From a virus (Duplodnaviria; Caudoviricetes), in IMG/VR virus record IMGVR_UViG_3300038318_000173, positions 1-47,586 of that record: a stretch of DNA of 47,586 bases, one strand, 5' to 3'. A program made the translations under genes and the position numbers. This document shows positions 30,183-39,332 of the stretch, in pieces; position 1 is the stretch's first letter, and the number at the start of each line of letters is the position of its first letter. The notes beneath the pieces are model-generated. The model had not been told where the DNA came from. It did no database searches and saw only the letters and a program-made list of their open reading frames with translations.

Positions 30183-30680
30183 TTATTTTATGTTAAGGTT
30201 GTCATTTTCAACTATCCTTGCACCATCAATCTCCATGCCATGTTTATCAATAGCGTCCTTGAGTTTAGTCTTATCAGCACTAACTTCAACCTTTTCCTTG
30301 ATAAATTCCTTTGGGAGCTTTTCAATATCATCAATCTCAACTCTCTTTGACTTTCTAAGACTAAGTACAACCCTTGCTGTTTCAAACTTTCTATCGTCTG
30401 TAAGTTGCATACTGTAACGGAGATAATCAGAAAGCCGTTGTACCTTCTTTTCTTTTGCTTGTCTACGCTGTTTAAGATTCTTTTCCTCGGTCTTGAGCGA
30501 ATCAATTTCAGCATTAAGATTCTTTATAAACAGTCCACAATTTTCCCACTTTTCATCTCTGTTCTGAATGAGAGAATCAAAATTATCAGCATCCCAAATT
30601 ACTTCGCCTGTTTCTTCGTCTACCACCATTTCATTTTCAAGTAGATTAAGAATGTCATTATTTATTTCGTATAACTTCAT
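30183..30680 (-). CDS. Siphovirus Gp157 family protein
   Basis: MKLYEI...K.E......IKNL...E.K.L..R; DK.KLK.A....IDGA. Confidence 0.85.
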   Translation of the reverse strand: MKLYEINNDILNLLENEMVVDEETGEVIWDADNFDSLIQNRDEKWENCGLFIKNLNAEIDSLKTEEKNLKQRRQAKEKKVQRLSDYLRYSMQLTDDRKFETARVVLSLRKSKRVEIDDIEKLPKEFIKEKVEVSADKTKLKDAIDKHGMEIDGARIVENDNLNIK

Positions 30681-30916
30681 TAATTTTCCTTTCTACTGTA
30701 AGAATACATATGTATATCATCATAACAATTACAATCATTTTCAATGTCCATTATCATATCACCGCCGCCAGCTTCGTGACATTTAACTACGAGAAATGGC
30801 TCATGGTCACTACCAATATTCTCGGCGATTGCCCATACAAGCTCTCCATAGTCAATATCTTCCCATGCCACGTTAAAATCTTCTTCTGTCTTACATATCA
30901 TATCGCAAATATTCAT
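30680..30916 (-). CDS. Hypothetical acidic protein
   Basis: 78 aa, coupled to neighbours. Confidence 0.55.
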   Translation of the reverse strand: MNICDMICKTEEDFNVAWEDIDYGELVWAIAENIGSDHEPFLVVKCHEAGGGDMIMDIENDCNCYDDIHMYSYSRKEN

Positions 30917-31971
30917 ATTCTAATCCTTTCTGCGTATAGCTGTTCCCAAATTTCTTTTCCTTTATCTACAGGACTATCTTTATAATCCAATAAATCATTT
31001 TTATCTTTCACTATATATATTTCGCCATAGGGTTTTAATAGTTTTATTATTCTATTTATACTCTTTTGCCAAATATCATGTTTATCAGCATCACTTTGTT
31101 TATCTAAACAAATAACAAATTTATCTACACCTAATGACAATAACATTTTTCTTTGATACACGCTCATATTACAACCAAACAATCCAACCGAATTGTTTAT
31201 ATCTAATATATCCTCACACATCATTACACTTTTAGGTGCTTCGAATATCTTGACCTCTTGTGTATATCGAATGTTTTCTTTGTTTATATTTAACCCATAT
31301 AAAACTTTACTCGTTGGAAATTTATATTCTTGATTAAGTGTATAAACAGGTTTATATTTTCCATCTTCAATATCTTCAGGTCTCCATCGTCTGCCATGAA
31401 TACCTACTAAATTTCCGTTTATATCAAATACTGGAATTGTTGTAGTATCTTGTAATGGATAATAGCCTATACTATATTTTTGCATAGTTGAGACCGAAAT
31501 CCCTTCATTTATCCAAGCAAGGGGTAATTTATCGACAAACCTATTTAAGTCTGTTTTAGGGTAAATTAAGTGCGATTTATCCATTGAATTGGGGGTAGTA
31601 AACTTTAGTATATCGGTTCGCCACGAGGGTTTTTTCCTTGCGGACAACTTTTCTTGAGAATACCCTAAAATATTTGCTACATATTTAACTACATCGCTAA
31701 ATGTAAATTCAATATCTAATACATTCCATCTTGCTTCTACTAAAGCAAATATATCAAATGCAGTTGCACATGAATAACAATAAAAACTGTTTGTTCTCTC
31801 ATAAAAGTATAATTTCGGTTTATGAGAGTTGGCATCTGCGTGATGACATATTGATGTAAAAATAATATAATTAGGCGATTTATCTTCTCGGATTTCTCCT
31901 CCCAAACTTTCCACAACAGTAATTATATCATCAGTATTCATTTTTTCTTTTAGCTGTTTAGTATCAATCAT
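30913..31971 (-). CDS. DNA primase (Zn-finger plus TOPRIM-like)
   Basis: SICHH...FYCYSC Zn finger; IPV....G.LVG..GR; LYGL; FEAPKS; KDSP.D.G. Confidence 0.85.
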   Translation of the reverse strand: MIDTKQLKEKMNTDDIITVVESLGGEIREDKSPNYIIFTSICHHADANSHKPKLYFYERTNSFYCYSCATAFDIFALVEARWNVLDIEFTFSDVVKYVANILGYSQEKLSARKKPSWRTDILKFTTPNSMDKSHLIYPKTDLNRFVDKLPLAWINEGISVSTMQKYSIGYYPLQDTTTIPVFDINGNLVGIHGRRWRPEDIEDGKYKPVYTLNQEYKFPTSKVLYGLNINKENIRYTQEVKIFEAPKSVMMCEDILDINNSVGLFGCNMSVYQRKMLLSLGVDKFVICLDKQSDADKHDIWQKSINRIIKLLKPYGEIYIVKDKNDLLDYKDSPVDKGKEIWEQLYAERIRI

Positions 31972-32042
31972 TAATGCTTTTTATCCCATGTTTTGAGGTA
32001 AAACCAAATTACAAATACCACTATTGGAACTATTACTCTCAT
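31971..32042 (-). CDS. 23-aa hydrophobic peptide MRVIVPIVVFVIWFYLKTWDKKH (not in ORF track)
   Basis: AAAGGAGG RBS, directly after promoter, TAATG overlap with primase start. Confidence 0.7.
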   Translation of the reverse strand: MRVIVPIVVFVIWFYLKTWDKKH

Positions 32043-32066
32043 TTCGCTACCTCCTTTATATAAGAT

Positions 32067-32095
32067 ATTATAGCACATTTGCCACTAAATGTCAA
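32067..32095 (-). promoter_or_regulatory. Sigma-A consensus promoter (extended -10)
   Basis: TTGACA-17-TATAAT with TG. Confidence 0.85.
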
Positions 32096-33624
32096 ATTAG
32101 ATTTAGATTATCTAATACCGTTCTGTCAATTTGAACAGGTTCATTATCAACATCTGTGCAAAAATAATCTTCTACTCTGCCAGTAGACCTGTTCAAATGT
32201 TGCCAAATGCGCAACGCCTTTCCATATCGGTTATATCTTGCTTTGTAAACATTTGTAACCATGTTAATATCAATTTTTTTACCGAACTTATTATCCTCGT
32301 ATAGCGGTGCTAAAAGCTCAAGCTCTTTTTTCTTAGGTATCATGGTTATCATACCTATGTCCAATTTGTTTTTCATTTGTGTAGAACCAAATATACAACT
32401 TTCATCTATTACATCTAATGTCTTTTCTTTTCCGTTAAGCTGTGTCATTGTCATTAGTCCAACATCAAATTCCTCAGCAATATCTTTCAATTCAGTAGCA
32501 ACAGCAAGAAACATCATGTCTTGTCTTGCTGAGTTTCCTACTTTAGTTCGATACTCAGCCATACAATATGTGTTATCGAATATATAATCAAATACCCCAT
32601 AGGTGCAACCGTATTGCAACACCATAGACTTAATTATCTCACGAATACTTTGCATTGTGAATTTAGGCAAATTGATAAGCCTTATACCACTATCTTGTAG
32701 AATTTCACCAGCTTTTCTAACTCGCTCTTTTTCTTTGTCGTTAATGTCGTTAGTCATAATTCGATAACATTCTACATTGGCAACATAAGATAAAAACCTT
32801 GGTTGTATTTCTTCAAATTGCTTTTGCTCTGTATGAATATAAAAACATTTGCCTTGGTAATTGGGGTTGGGCATAAATTTATGCTCTTGTGGGTCATATA
32901 ATTCTTTAGTTCCCATTAAGCATAAGTCGGCAATAGCTTGGGCTGTCTTTCCACACCCGCTCGGCGCAGACCTCATTATCAAATGTCCACGATTCCAACC
33001 ACCGCCAACAGTAGTAAGATATGGGCTATTGAAAGATGCTCCGAAGCTCGGTGTTTCTTCAAACATTTCAAGCATTTCATTTACATTTTCGCCAGCCCAA
33101 CTCTCTTCGATAGGTGCTTCTTTGCTATATTCGCTTTCTAAATCTTTCTGAATTTTTTCAAAATGTGCCAAAATCTCATCTATTGATAAATTATTTAGAT
33201 GCTCTCTTTGGCTTTCTTCGTCTTTTGATTCATCGTATATATCAGTTATGTCAAATCCTTTGCTCTGATATCCTCGCACAAGACTATACTTACGCATTGA
33301 TGTGTAGTAATAATCAAAACTATTATCGCTATCTTTTACCAAATCCTTAAACGTGTCGATAAATTCAGCATAATCATTATCTTCTAACACTTCTTTTTGT
33401 GTTTTGTATTTATCGGTGCTATTTAGAAAGACAGTAACTACATCTCTATCAATTTCTTGGACTCCGCTTTCAGCAATATTTTCTATGCAAGCGAAAAGAT
33501 AATAATGAAAAAGAACGGGTTTAAAATCATTTCGGTTTAATTTGTATCTAATGTTATATAATATTGTTGGATTGTTTAATAGAAATCCTAAAACAAATTG
33601 TGCCGACACCCTATCATATATCAT
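32092..33624 (-). CDS. Replicative DnaB-like helicase
   Basis: SAPSGCGKT Walker A, TEQ, FDYI, TQLN, YKARY. Confidence 0.85.
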   Translation of the reverse strand: MIYDRVSAQFVLGFLLNNPTILYNIRYKLNRNDFKPVLFHYYLFACIENIAESGVQEIDRDVVTVFLNSTDKYKTQKEVLEDNDYAEFIDTFKDLVKDSDNSFDYYYTSMRKYSLVRGYQSKGFDITDIYDESKDEESQREHLNNLSIDEILAHFEKIQKDLESEYSKEAPIEESWAGENVNEMLEMFEETPSFGASFNSPYLTTVGGGWNRGHLIMRSAPSGCGKTAQAIADLCLMGTKELYDPQEHKFMPNPNYQGKCFYIHTEQKQFEEIQPRFLSYVANVECYRIMTNDINDKEKERVRKAGEILQDSGIRLINLPKFTMQSIREIIKSMVLQYGCTYGVFDYIFDNTYCMAEYRTKVGNSARQDMMFLAVATELKDIAEEFDVGLMTMTQLNGKEKTLDVIDESCIFGSTQMKNKLDIGMITMIPKKKELELLAPLYEDNKFGKKIDINMVTNVYKARYNRYGKALRIWQHLNRSTGRVEDYFCTDVDNEPVQIDRTVLDNLNLI

Positions 33625-33634
33625 TATTGCCTCC

Positions 33635-33892
33635 TTAAAAAATTAATTTTAGTATTGTTTGTTTGTTGTCGTTTGAGCATCTTACATTTACATTACCACC
33701 ATACTCAAGAAATTTATCTCTCTCAAAATTATTTGTAAGTAAGTAGTTAATCAAATTGTTTATAAATAGTTCATATTGCTTTTTGCTTTTACAACTATTT
33801 TTTATGCTCACGCTATGGTCATCTAAAAAATTCCTAATAGCTAATAGCATACGGAAATCTAAACTTGGTGCTTCGGGTGGCAATTTAGTCAT
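33635..33892 (-). CDS. Hypothetical protein
   Basis: 85 aa in operon. Confidence 0.5.
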   Translation of the reverse strand: MTKLPPEAPSLDFRMLLAIRNFLDDHSVSIKNSCKSKKQYELFINNLINYLLTNNFERDKFLEYGGNVNVRCSNDNKQTILKLIF

Positions 33893-34244
33893 TGTAAATG
33901 TACTCCTTTATCATTCGCTTAAACTCTCTATGACTACAAAAACGCTTCACATAAGCAAGCAGAAATCCCATAGTCTTATCATAAGTATCTTGGGCATCTA
34001 CCTTTGATACTGACTTAGTACCATCATCAAATATAATAATCGTAGCTGGATTATTATAAATTACCTTTTCAACTTTTGGAGTTGTCATAGGATTTACTCT
34101 ATTTAGTTCTTTATACAAAACATCAAAATTCATCATTGGTTCTCCTTTTATAAATTCTATTTGTGGATTAGGTGCTACCGTTATAGTAGAGAAAGCATCT
34201 AAACCATATAAAATTGATGACAATCTATCTTTATCATAATTCAT
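33885..34244 (-). CDS. Conserved phage hypothetical protein
   Basis: KVIYNNPATIIIFDDGTKSV.K....D.YD...G..LA pattern. Confidence 0.65.
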   Translation of the reverse strand: MNYDKDRLSSILYGLDAFSTITVAPNPQIEFIKGEPMMNFDVLYKELNRVNPMTTPKVEKVIYNNPATIIIFDDGTKSVSKVDAQDTYDKTMGFLLAYVKRFCSHREFKRMIKEYIYND

Positions 34245-34262
34245 ATTATATCACACTCCGTT

Positions 34263-34541
34263 TTAATTGTCAAGAAATTTACATATGTTTTTCTCTTTTA
34301 TATAAGAGTCAAAATATACCTCACCTTTATCGCCATTATATGTAATTTCATAATACCGTGTGTCTTGCATTGTTGTGCTTAATAGTGCTTTATTATTTTG
34401 CAATGCCTTACAAAGCCACACTACATATATACCATTATGCTTTGACATGGATAGAATTTCAGAATCAGAATACATTTCTGACGATTGCAAATAATCCACT
34501 ATCATATCTTTACAAAGTCCTACAAATTTATTATTATCCAT
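34263..34541 (-). CDS. DUF6275-like protein
   Basis: YVVWLCKALQNNKALLSTT..D.RYYEITYNGDK.E.YFD.Y.K. Confidence 0.75.
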   Translation of the reverse strand: MDNNKFVGLCKDMIVDYLQSSEMYSDSEILSMSKHNGIYVVWLCKALQNNKALLSTTMQDTRYYEITYNGDKGEVYFDSYIKEKNICKFLDN

Positions 34542-34549
34542 ACTATCTC

Positions 34550-34804
34550 TTATCCTACAATCTGCCAATCTTCAGCCAGCATATCAGCCTGACTTGCTAA
34601 CCAACCTATTTGTACGCCGCTTGTTCCAACAAAAGCAATCGCTTTGTTTCCAATATCAGTATGGTTACAATCTATAACCTCATTTGTTGAATTAGTATAA
34701 CTAATACGTGTTGCTAATTCTATATATTGACCTTTACCATTCCAACCAATTCGCTGTAATTTCTTTCCATTCTTTATTTCTTTAATTGCTTCATCAAATC
34801 CCAT
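34550..34804 (-). CDS. DUF2829 / Tad2-like anti-defence sponge protein
   Basis: F.EAI..IK.GKK..R.GWNGKG ... GWLASQADMLAEDW. Confidence 0.8.
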   Translation of the reverse strand: MGFDEAIKEIKNGKKLQRIGWNGKGQYIELATRISYTNSTNEVIDCNHTDIGNKAIAFVGTSGVQIGWLASQADMLAEDWQIVG

Positions 34805-34816
34805 TTTTATTATCTC

Positions 34817-35179
34817 CTATTCTCTATAGTCATCATATATTTCTAAACATGGTGTTTGGTTGTCTATCCAACTCTTTCTTAATATAATTTCATCATATTT
34901 GTATGTAAATTCTATTAACTCTTTTAACGAATTAAATTCAATACCCCAAGTTTCTTCTGCTCCTAAATTTCTTGTAATATAACCGTTTTTCTCAACTGTA
35001 TGCCCAGTTCCTTTATCTGTCCATTTACCAAATCTTTTTCCTATGCAACTATTATCATACTCTTCAAAACTTTTACATCGGCACATATCTATATCATCTA
35101 ATTTTATTTTAATAGCTTCATTACATGGCGATATATCATTTGAAGCTATTAATGATGTCTTTGTAACTTCAAATAACAT
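34817..35179 (-). CDS. Hypothetical protein
   Basis: ends LEIYDDYRE; coupled in operon. Confidence 0.6.
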   Translation of the reverse strand: MLFEVTKTSLIASNDISPCNEAIKIKLDDIDMCRCKSFEEYDNSCIGKRFGKWTDKGTGHTVEKNGYITRNLGAEETWGIEFNSLKELIEFTYKYDEIILRKSWIDNQTPCLEIYDDYRE

Positions 35180-35442
35180 TATTCTACCCCGTCATAAGTC
35201 TTTCTAAAAATATCATCTTTGCAAGGATAAAGTTCTCCATTTACGCCTTGTATAATCCAATCGCCATTGCTTACTTTCATATTCCCCTCAAGAGTTGATA
35301 CATAAAGCTCATCTTTGTCTGAATAGAAAAGAACATTATGTGTAAATCCTTCAACTATCCATTTTAAAGAAGATGGATTAAAATAGTCGCTGTTGAAATA
35401 TCTGTATGCTTCAATTTCCACTGGTTTCTTTCTGTATTTCAT
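35179..35442 (-). CDS. PGDYG-like phage protein
   Basis: MKYRKKPVEIEA...TLEG.M..S.GDWIIQGV.GE.YPCK.DIF.KTY. Confidence 0.75.
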   Translation of the reverse strand: MKYRKKPVEIEAYRYFNSDYFNPSSLKWIVEGFTHNVLFYSDKDELYVSTLEGNMKVSNGDWIIQGVNGELYPCKDDIFRKTYDGVE

Positions 35443-35774
35443 TATATTTCCTCCCAAAATTCATAATAACTTTTTCCACTAAATTTCCAATACTTTTCTG
35501 CGAGATTTTCTAGTTCAGTTAAATCTACTGTGTGAAATGTTACATCTATAAACGTATCATAATTATTATCATCATCGGCTTTGAAATGCTTAAAATACGA
35601 TACCGAAGGTGAATAACTAATTTTATTAGGAAATACATATTCATCAATATCAATAAAATATTTTTTACCAACCTTATCATCTATTCGCTTTTGATATAAT
35701 GCGTTTGAATATGGATTTGTACCCGTATCGCATCGTTTATATCCATTTTCAATTAGATTTTGTCGTGTTATCAT
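35442..35774 (-). CDS. Hypothetical protein
   Basis: 110 aa, RBS, coupled. Confidence 0.6.
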   Translation of the reverse strand: MITRQNLIENGYKRCDTGTNPYSNALYQKRIDDKVGKKYFIDIDEYVFPNKISYSPSVSYFKHFKADDDNNYDTFIDVTFHTVDLTELENLAEKYWKFSGKSYYEFWEEI

Positions 35775-35913
35775 TCTCTTCCTCCAACGGACAATATTCT
35801 GTTCCTTTGAGGAACGCCATTGTCACTATCGCTTTGGGTGTTATATTTGACTTATTTCTCTCACATTCCGTATTATCACATTCGTCTCCACAATAGCAAA
35901 TATCTCTTACCAT
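35749..35913 (-). CDS. Small Cys-rich hypothetical protein (54 aa, not in ORF track)
   Basis: MVRDICYCGDECDNTECERN...YCPLEEE; AAGGA RBS. Confidence 0.55.
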   Translation of the reverse strand: MVRDICYCGDECDNTECERNKSNITPKAIVTMAFLKGTEYCPLEEENDNTTKSN

Positions 35914-36132
35914 AATTTATTTATATCCTTTCTTGAATTTAATTCTTGTTGAAAATAATTATACCATTTATCATCAGCACCAACAATAGCCATACAATTT
36001 TTAATATGTTTCGTACTCATGTCTTTTACAAGAATTTTTTCCATTATTCATACACCAATATTCGTTTGGTATATCATAGGGAAAATCGTGTGCAAATTGT
36101 GAGTCCGCATTATAATCATCCCATTGGCTCAT
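35907..36132 (-). pseudogene. Small phage gene frameshifted at an A6 run
   Basis: MSQWDD...YWCMNNG then shifted frame KILVKDMSTKHIKNC...FQQELNSR. Confidence 0.5.
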
Positions 36133-36202
36133 AGTAATTGCTTCCCCTTTCCTCTCATATCCACTCTATCATAGCCTAAATTTGCAAGTTTAATATCATT
36201 GA

Positions 36203-36586
36203 CTAGAAAGGTCGTTCTTTTTCATTGCTTGCCTTTTTGCATAAAATATTAACTATATCAGCTACATCTATAAAAGCAATTTCTTCTTCGTCTATCATGT
36301 CAACACATTCACATTTATCTACTGTTACATATTTCATACAAAGCTCTTCTGATACCTGTACCTCTGCAACACTGCCAAATTCAAGATATAAACTTCCATC
36401 GCCACAAGGCATAATAGATGGTTGCATATTTGTTCTATTAATAATAAAAAGAGCCTTATCAACTACATTGTTAGATATAAGATTGGAATTGTTAAAATCC
36501 CAATCTTTATGACTACATACCACCCTTATACGCTCTAGCCTATCTATATTTTTAAGCAGAGTTGGATTTGCATAATAATTTTCCAT
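36203..36586 (-). CDS. Hypothetical protein (paralog family with 36833..37093)
   Basis: DWD.N.S..IS..VVDKA...IMPCGDGSL.LEF. Confidence 0.6.
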   Translation of the reverse strand: MENYYANPTLLKNIDRLERIRVVCSHKDWDFNNSNLISNNVVDKALFIINRTNMQPSIMPCGDGSLYLEFGSVAEVQVSEELCMKYVTVDKCECVDMIDEEEIAFIDVADIVNILCKKASNEKERPF

Positions 36587-36831
36587 TAAAACCTCCTGTT
36601 TACATCATGTTCTATACTATTTATAATTCGTTTTCTACCATCTTTAGCTAACTCATCGGCATGTCTACTAGACATAAAAGGTCTAAAACTATCGTATAAA
36701 ACATTTTCAATAGTTTGTTTAATATCCTCATCGTGCAAATCAACAGTTTGCTGAATAAGCAATCTTTTAAGCTCACCCTTTTTAGGGAAATCTTTAGGTA
36801 ATTTAAAAGTTTTCAAATCTATAATATACAT
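36586..36831 (-). CDS. Hypothetical protein
   Basis: likely start MYIIDL after AAAGGGA. Confidence 0.5.
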   Translation of the reverse strand: MYIIDLKTFKLPKDFPKKGELKRLLIQQTVDLHDEDIKQTIENVLYDSFRPFMSSRHADELAKDGRKRIINSIEHDVNRRF

Positions 36832-36832
36832 T

Positions 36833-37093
36833 TTAATTCCCTTTCTCAAAGTAGCATTTAATTTCACCATTCTTAAATAATTCTATTTCTATATAACCAT
36901 ATGCGTTTTCAATCTCAAATTGAATACTATCATTTGCGGTTGGAAAAATCTTAAACTCTCCTGTTAAAGTATAAGCCATAGCTTTTGCTTTTGTTATTAA
37001 TTCTTTTGAAAATGCTATTGCTCCATTATCATTCCAATTATCTTCTAATTTAGCTATATTATCCATTTGAGTTTCTATATAATCAGTGGTCAT
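36833..37093 (-). CDS. Hypothetical protein (paralog family with 36203..36586)
   Basis: DNWN.NGA.AFS.ELI.KA...IFPTANDSIQFE. Confidence 0.6.
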   Translation of the reverse strand: MTTDYIETQMDNIAKLEDNWNDNGAIAFSKELITKAKAMAYTLTGEFKIFPTANDSIQFEIENAYGYIEIELFKNGEIKCYFEKGN

Positions 37094-37094
37094 T

Positions 37095-37358
37095 TTAATC
37101 TTCTTCCATCTCTCTCATTTTTTCTATTTCTTCTTTAACGCTAGATATTAATTCACCATTAAATTCAAATTCATTTACAATAGCTTTTACATAGTCTACA
37201 GAAGGCATATAACAATATCTGTCTGAATAAGGTTTTGAATCATACCAAACTTTATTGTCACATATATTCTTATTTATACAGTTATTACTATTATCTTCTA
37301 TATTTAAAAATTTACAATGTGAACAATATACTTGATGTTTATCATCAAATTCATTCAT
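37095..37358 (-). CDS. Hypothetical Cys-rich protein
   Basis: CSHC...C...C...C. Confidence 0.55.
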   Translation of the reverse strand: MNEFDDKHQVYCSHCKFLNIEDNSNNCINKNICDNKVWYDSKPYSDRYCYMPSVDYVKAIVNEFEFNGELISSVKEEIEKMREMEED

Positions 37359-37359
37359 T

Positions 37360-37599
37360 TTATACCTCTTTTTCCTTTGTAAAACAGTTCCATTTATTTA
37401 AAGGCATATATATGTCACAATGAGGACATTGAACTCGATAGGAAACTCCCAACATACCTTTTTCAGCTTCTCCAAGTGTTTTTTCTAGTTCAAATGAGTA
37501 TTTTTTATCAAATATTTTACATTCAACCATAGGTATACCACCACACATAGGGCACTTTTTAACTTCAATTGTGTCTATCACGGGTACATACATTTTCAT
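37360..37599 (-). CDS. Zn-ribbon protein, Lar (restriction alleviation)-like
   Basis: KKCPMCGG...VQCPHC...WN. Confidence 0.55.
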   Translation of the reverse strand: MKMYVPVIDTIEVKKCPMCGGIPMVECKIFDKKYSFELEKTLGEAEKGMLGVSYRVQCPHCDIYMPLNKWNCFTKEKEV

Positions 37600-37869
37600 T
37601 TACTTTTCCTCCTTATATGACTCAACTTTAGCCCAAGCTATAACATTATTCACAGCTATAAAATCACCATCGTAATAATAATAAAATCCTCTTTTATTAA
37701 TACAATCTTTCAAATAGCCAAAATCATCTATATTAAATTCGTATAAGTTAGCTGAAAAAGAACAAAGTTGATTAAATGTTATAGGTTTACTATAAAAATC
37801 AACAATAAGTGCATATAAATCATTAGAGTCTTTAGGATAACCTTCTTTTTCAATATTATGCCATTCCAT
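37600..37869 (-). CDS. DUF551-like protein
   Basis: MEWH.IEKEGYP...VIAWA. Confidence 0.5.
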   Translation of the reverse strand: MEWHNIEKEGYPKDSNDLYALIVDFYSKPITFNQLCSFSANLYEFNIDDFGYLKDCINKRGFYYYYDGDFIAVNNVIAWAKVESYKEEK

Positions 37870-37871
37870 TA

Positions 37872-38153
37872 TTATTCCTCCACATCTTTCATGCTAATAT
37901 CCCATTCAATTCCTAACTTCTCAAATATTTCAGAAAGTTCTTCTATGTTATAGTTATAGTTTCCACTTTCTATTTGATTAATTTCATCTTTTGTCATATT
38001 AAGATATTCAGCAAATTGTTCTTGAGTCATTTTTAATTCAAGCCATTTCTTTACAATAGTGGCTGAAATTTTAGTATCTATGTTTGCACACATTACATCT
38101 GCGTATGTGAGTTGTTCTGCCATCATTTCAACTAATTCATCTATTTTACTCAT
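37872..38153 (-). CDS. XRE-family HTH regulator
   Basis: MTQEQFAEYL.MT...I.QIESG.YN..IE.L..I...LG. Confidence 0.85.
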   Translation of the reverse strand: MSKIDELVEMMAEQLTYADVMCANIDTKISATIVKKWLELKMTQEQFAEYLNMTKDEINQIESGNYNYNIEELSEIFEKLGIEWDISMKDVEE

Positions 38154-38383
38154 TTTTTATCCTCTTGATAATCGTGATTTATAATATTTATAATTTCATT
38201 TATTTTTACTTGCTCAGGCGTGTATAATTTGTTGCTATTTTTTAATGGTTCAATTCTAACTTCGTCTACAGTTGTAATTTCAATAGCGTTATTAGCTTTA
38301 ATCTCTGAAATTACTATAGGTAAAATAAGCAAAAACCAAACCAATATAATTAATACAAGTATTACAAATAATGTAACTTCCAT
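38150..38383 (-). CDS. Small membrane protein
   Basis: N-terminal TM. Confidence 0.55.
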   Translation of the reverse strand: MEVTLFVILVLIILVWFLLILPIVISEIKANNAIEITTVDEVRIEPLKNSNKLYTPEQVKINEIINIINHDYQEDKK

Positions 38384-38384
38384 T

Positions 38385-38645
38385 TTATTTACTCCAATCT
38401 ATCTTTTGACCACAATGATTGCAATAACAATTAAATTTTTCAACTATCATTCGTTTACAAACAGGACAATTATATACTTGATAATGTTTCCTGAGATACG
38501 AACTACCTACTGCTTCGGGCTTTGCCCCAATTTGCTTGTTAATAGCACATATAGCTTCTTTAAATGCTTCATCTTCAGATTTAGGATTCATGCGTTGATG
38601 GCATCTTATTTTTAATATAATATCTTTTGCAACATCTTTATCCAT
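38385..38645 (-). CDS. Zn-ribbon phage protein
   Basis: AINKQI..KP...CPVC...YCNHCGQKIDWS. Confidence 0.7.
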   Translation of the reverse strand: MDKDVAKDIILKIRCHQRMNPKSEDEAFKEAICAINKQIGAKPEAVGSSYLRKHYQVYNCPVCKRMIVEKFNCYCNHCGQKIDWSK

Positions 38646-38787
38646 TATTCCTCCTCCGCTGAACGAAATATAGGCGTCCTTACTCTCTCTCTACAAATTC
38701 AACAATTCTAGTTTGCATTACTTGTATTTTTCGGCTTAAATCCATTGTTTGCATATTTTTTAATTGTTCTGCGGTTCTTTCGCCCAT
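38646..38787 (-). pseudogene. Relic N-terminus of a PAPS-reductase-family protein containing (AG)5
   Basis: MGERTAEQLKNMQTMDLSRKIQVMQTRIVEFVERE*; shifted frame SKDAYISFSGG (PP-loop start), remainder missing. Confidence 0.65.
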
Positions 38788-38789
38788 AT

Positions 38790-39332
38790 TTATTTTCCCC
38801 TTCTCATTTTATATTTTAACAGCGACAAATTTTTAGTTATAGGATTTGCTTTAATTACATTGTCCTCTTTGTATTCATTCGCTTTTGCTCTCATATTTTG
38901 TTGTTCTATCCAAAACCCCTTGGCTTCGTCATAGATATATGGTACAATTCCAATACCACTTTTTTCATTCCATCCATGCTCTAAAGTTTCTACCCAATAT
39001 CTTAATGCTAATTCAATACCCTTATATGTAAATCCATCTTCAATCATATTTTTAACTTTGTATGGAATATAATTTGGGAAATACCCATAAAGCCCTACAA
39101 TATAATCAAATAAATTTTCTCTATCTGATTTTTTATTTTCTACTTTAATTGGCTCTTCTTTCACTTTGGTGGCTTTGGGAGGCTTAGATTTCTTTTGCCT
39201 TTCTTTATCATATTCGATAGCACAATAAACATCACAAAAATAATATGTTTTGCGTTTTGCGTCTGAATATGCTGTTTCCTTATCTATTAGTTTGCCACAA
39301 TGTCTACATATTACTTGTTTATCATTTGTCAT
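38790..39332 (-). CDS. Zn-finger replication-region protein
   Basis: CRHC...FC...C; G.GIVPYIYDEA. Confidence 0.55.
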   Translation of the reverse strand: MTNDKQVICRHCGKLIDKETAYSDAKRKTYYFCDVYCAIEYDKERQKKSKPPKATKVKEEPIKVENKKSDRENLFDYIVGLYGYFPNYIPYKVKNMIEDGFTYKGIELALRYWVETLEHGWNEKSGIGIVPYIYDEAKGFWIEQQNMRAKANEYKEDNVIKANPITKNLSLLKYKMRRGK

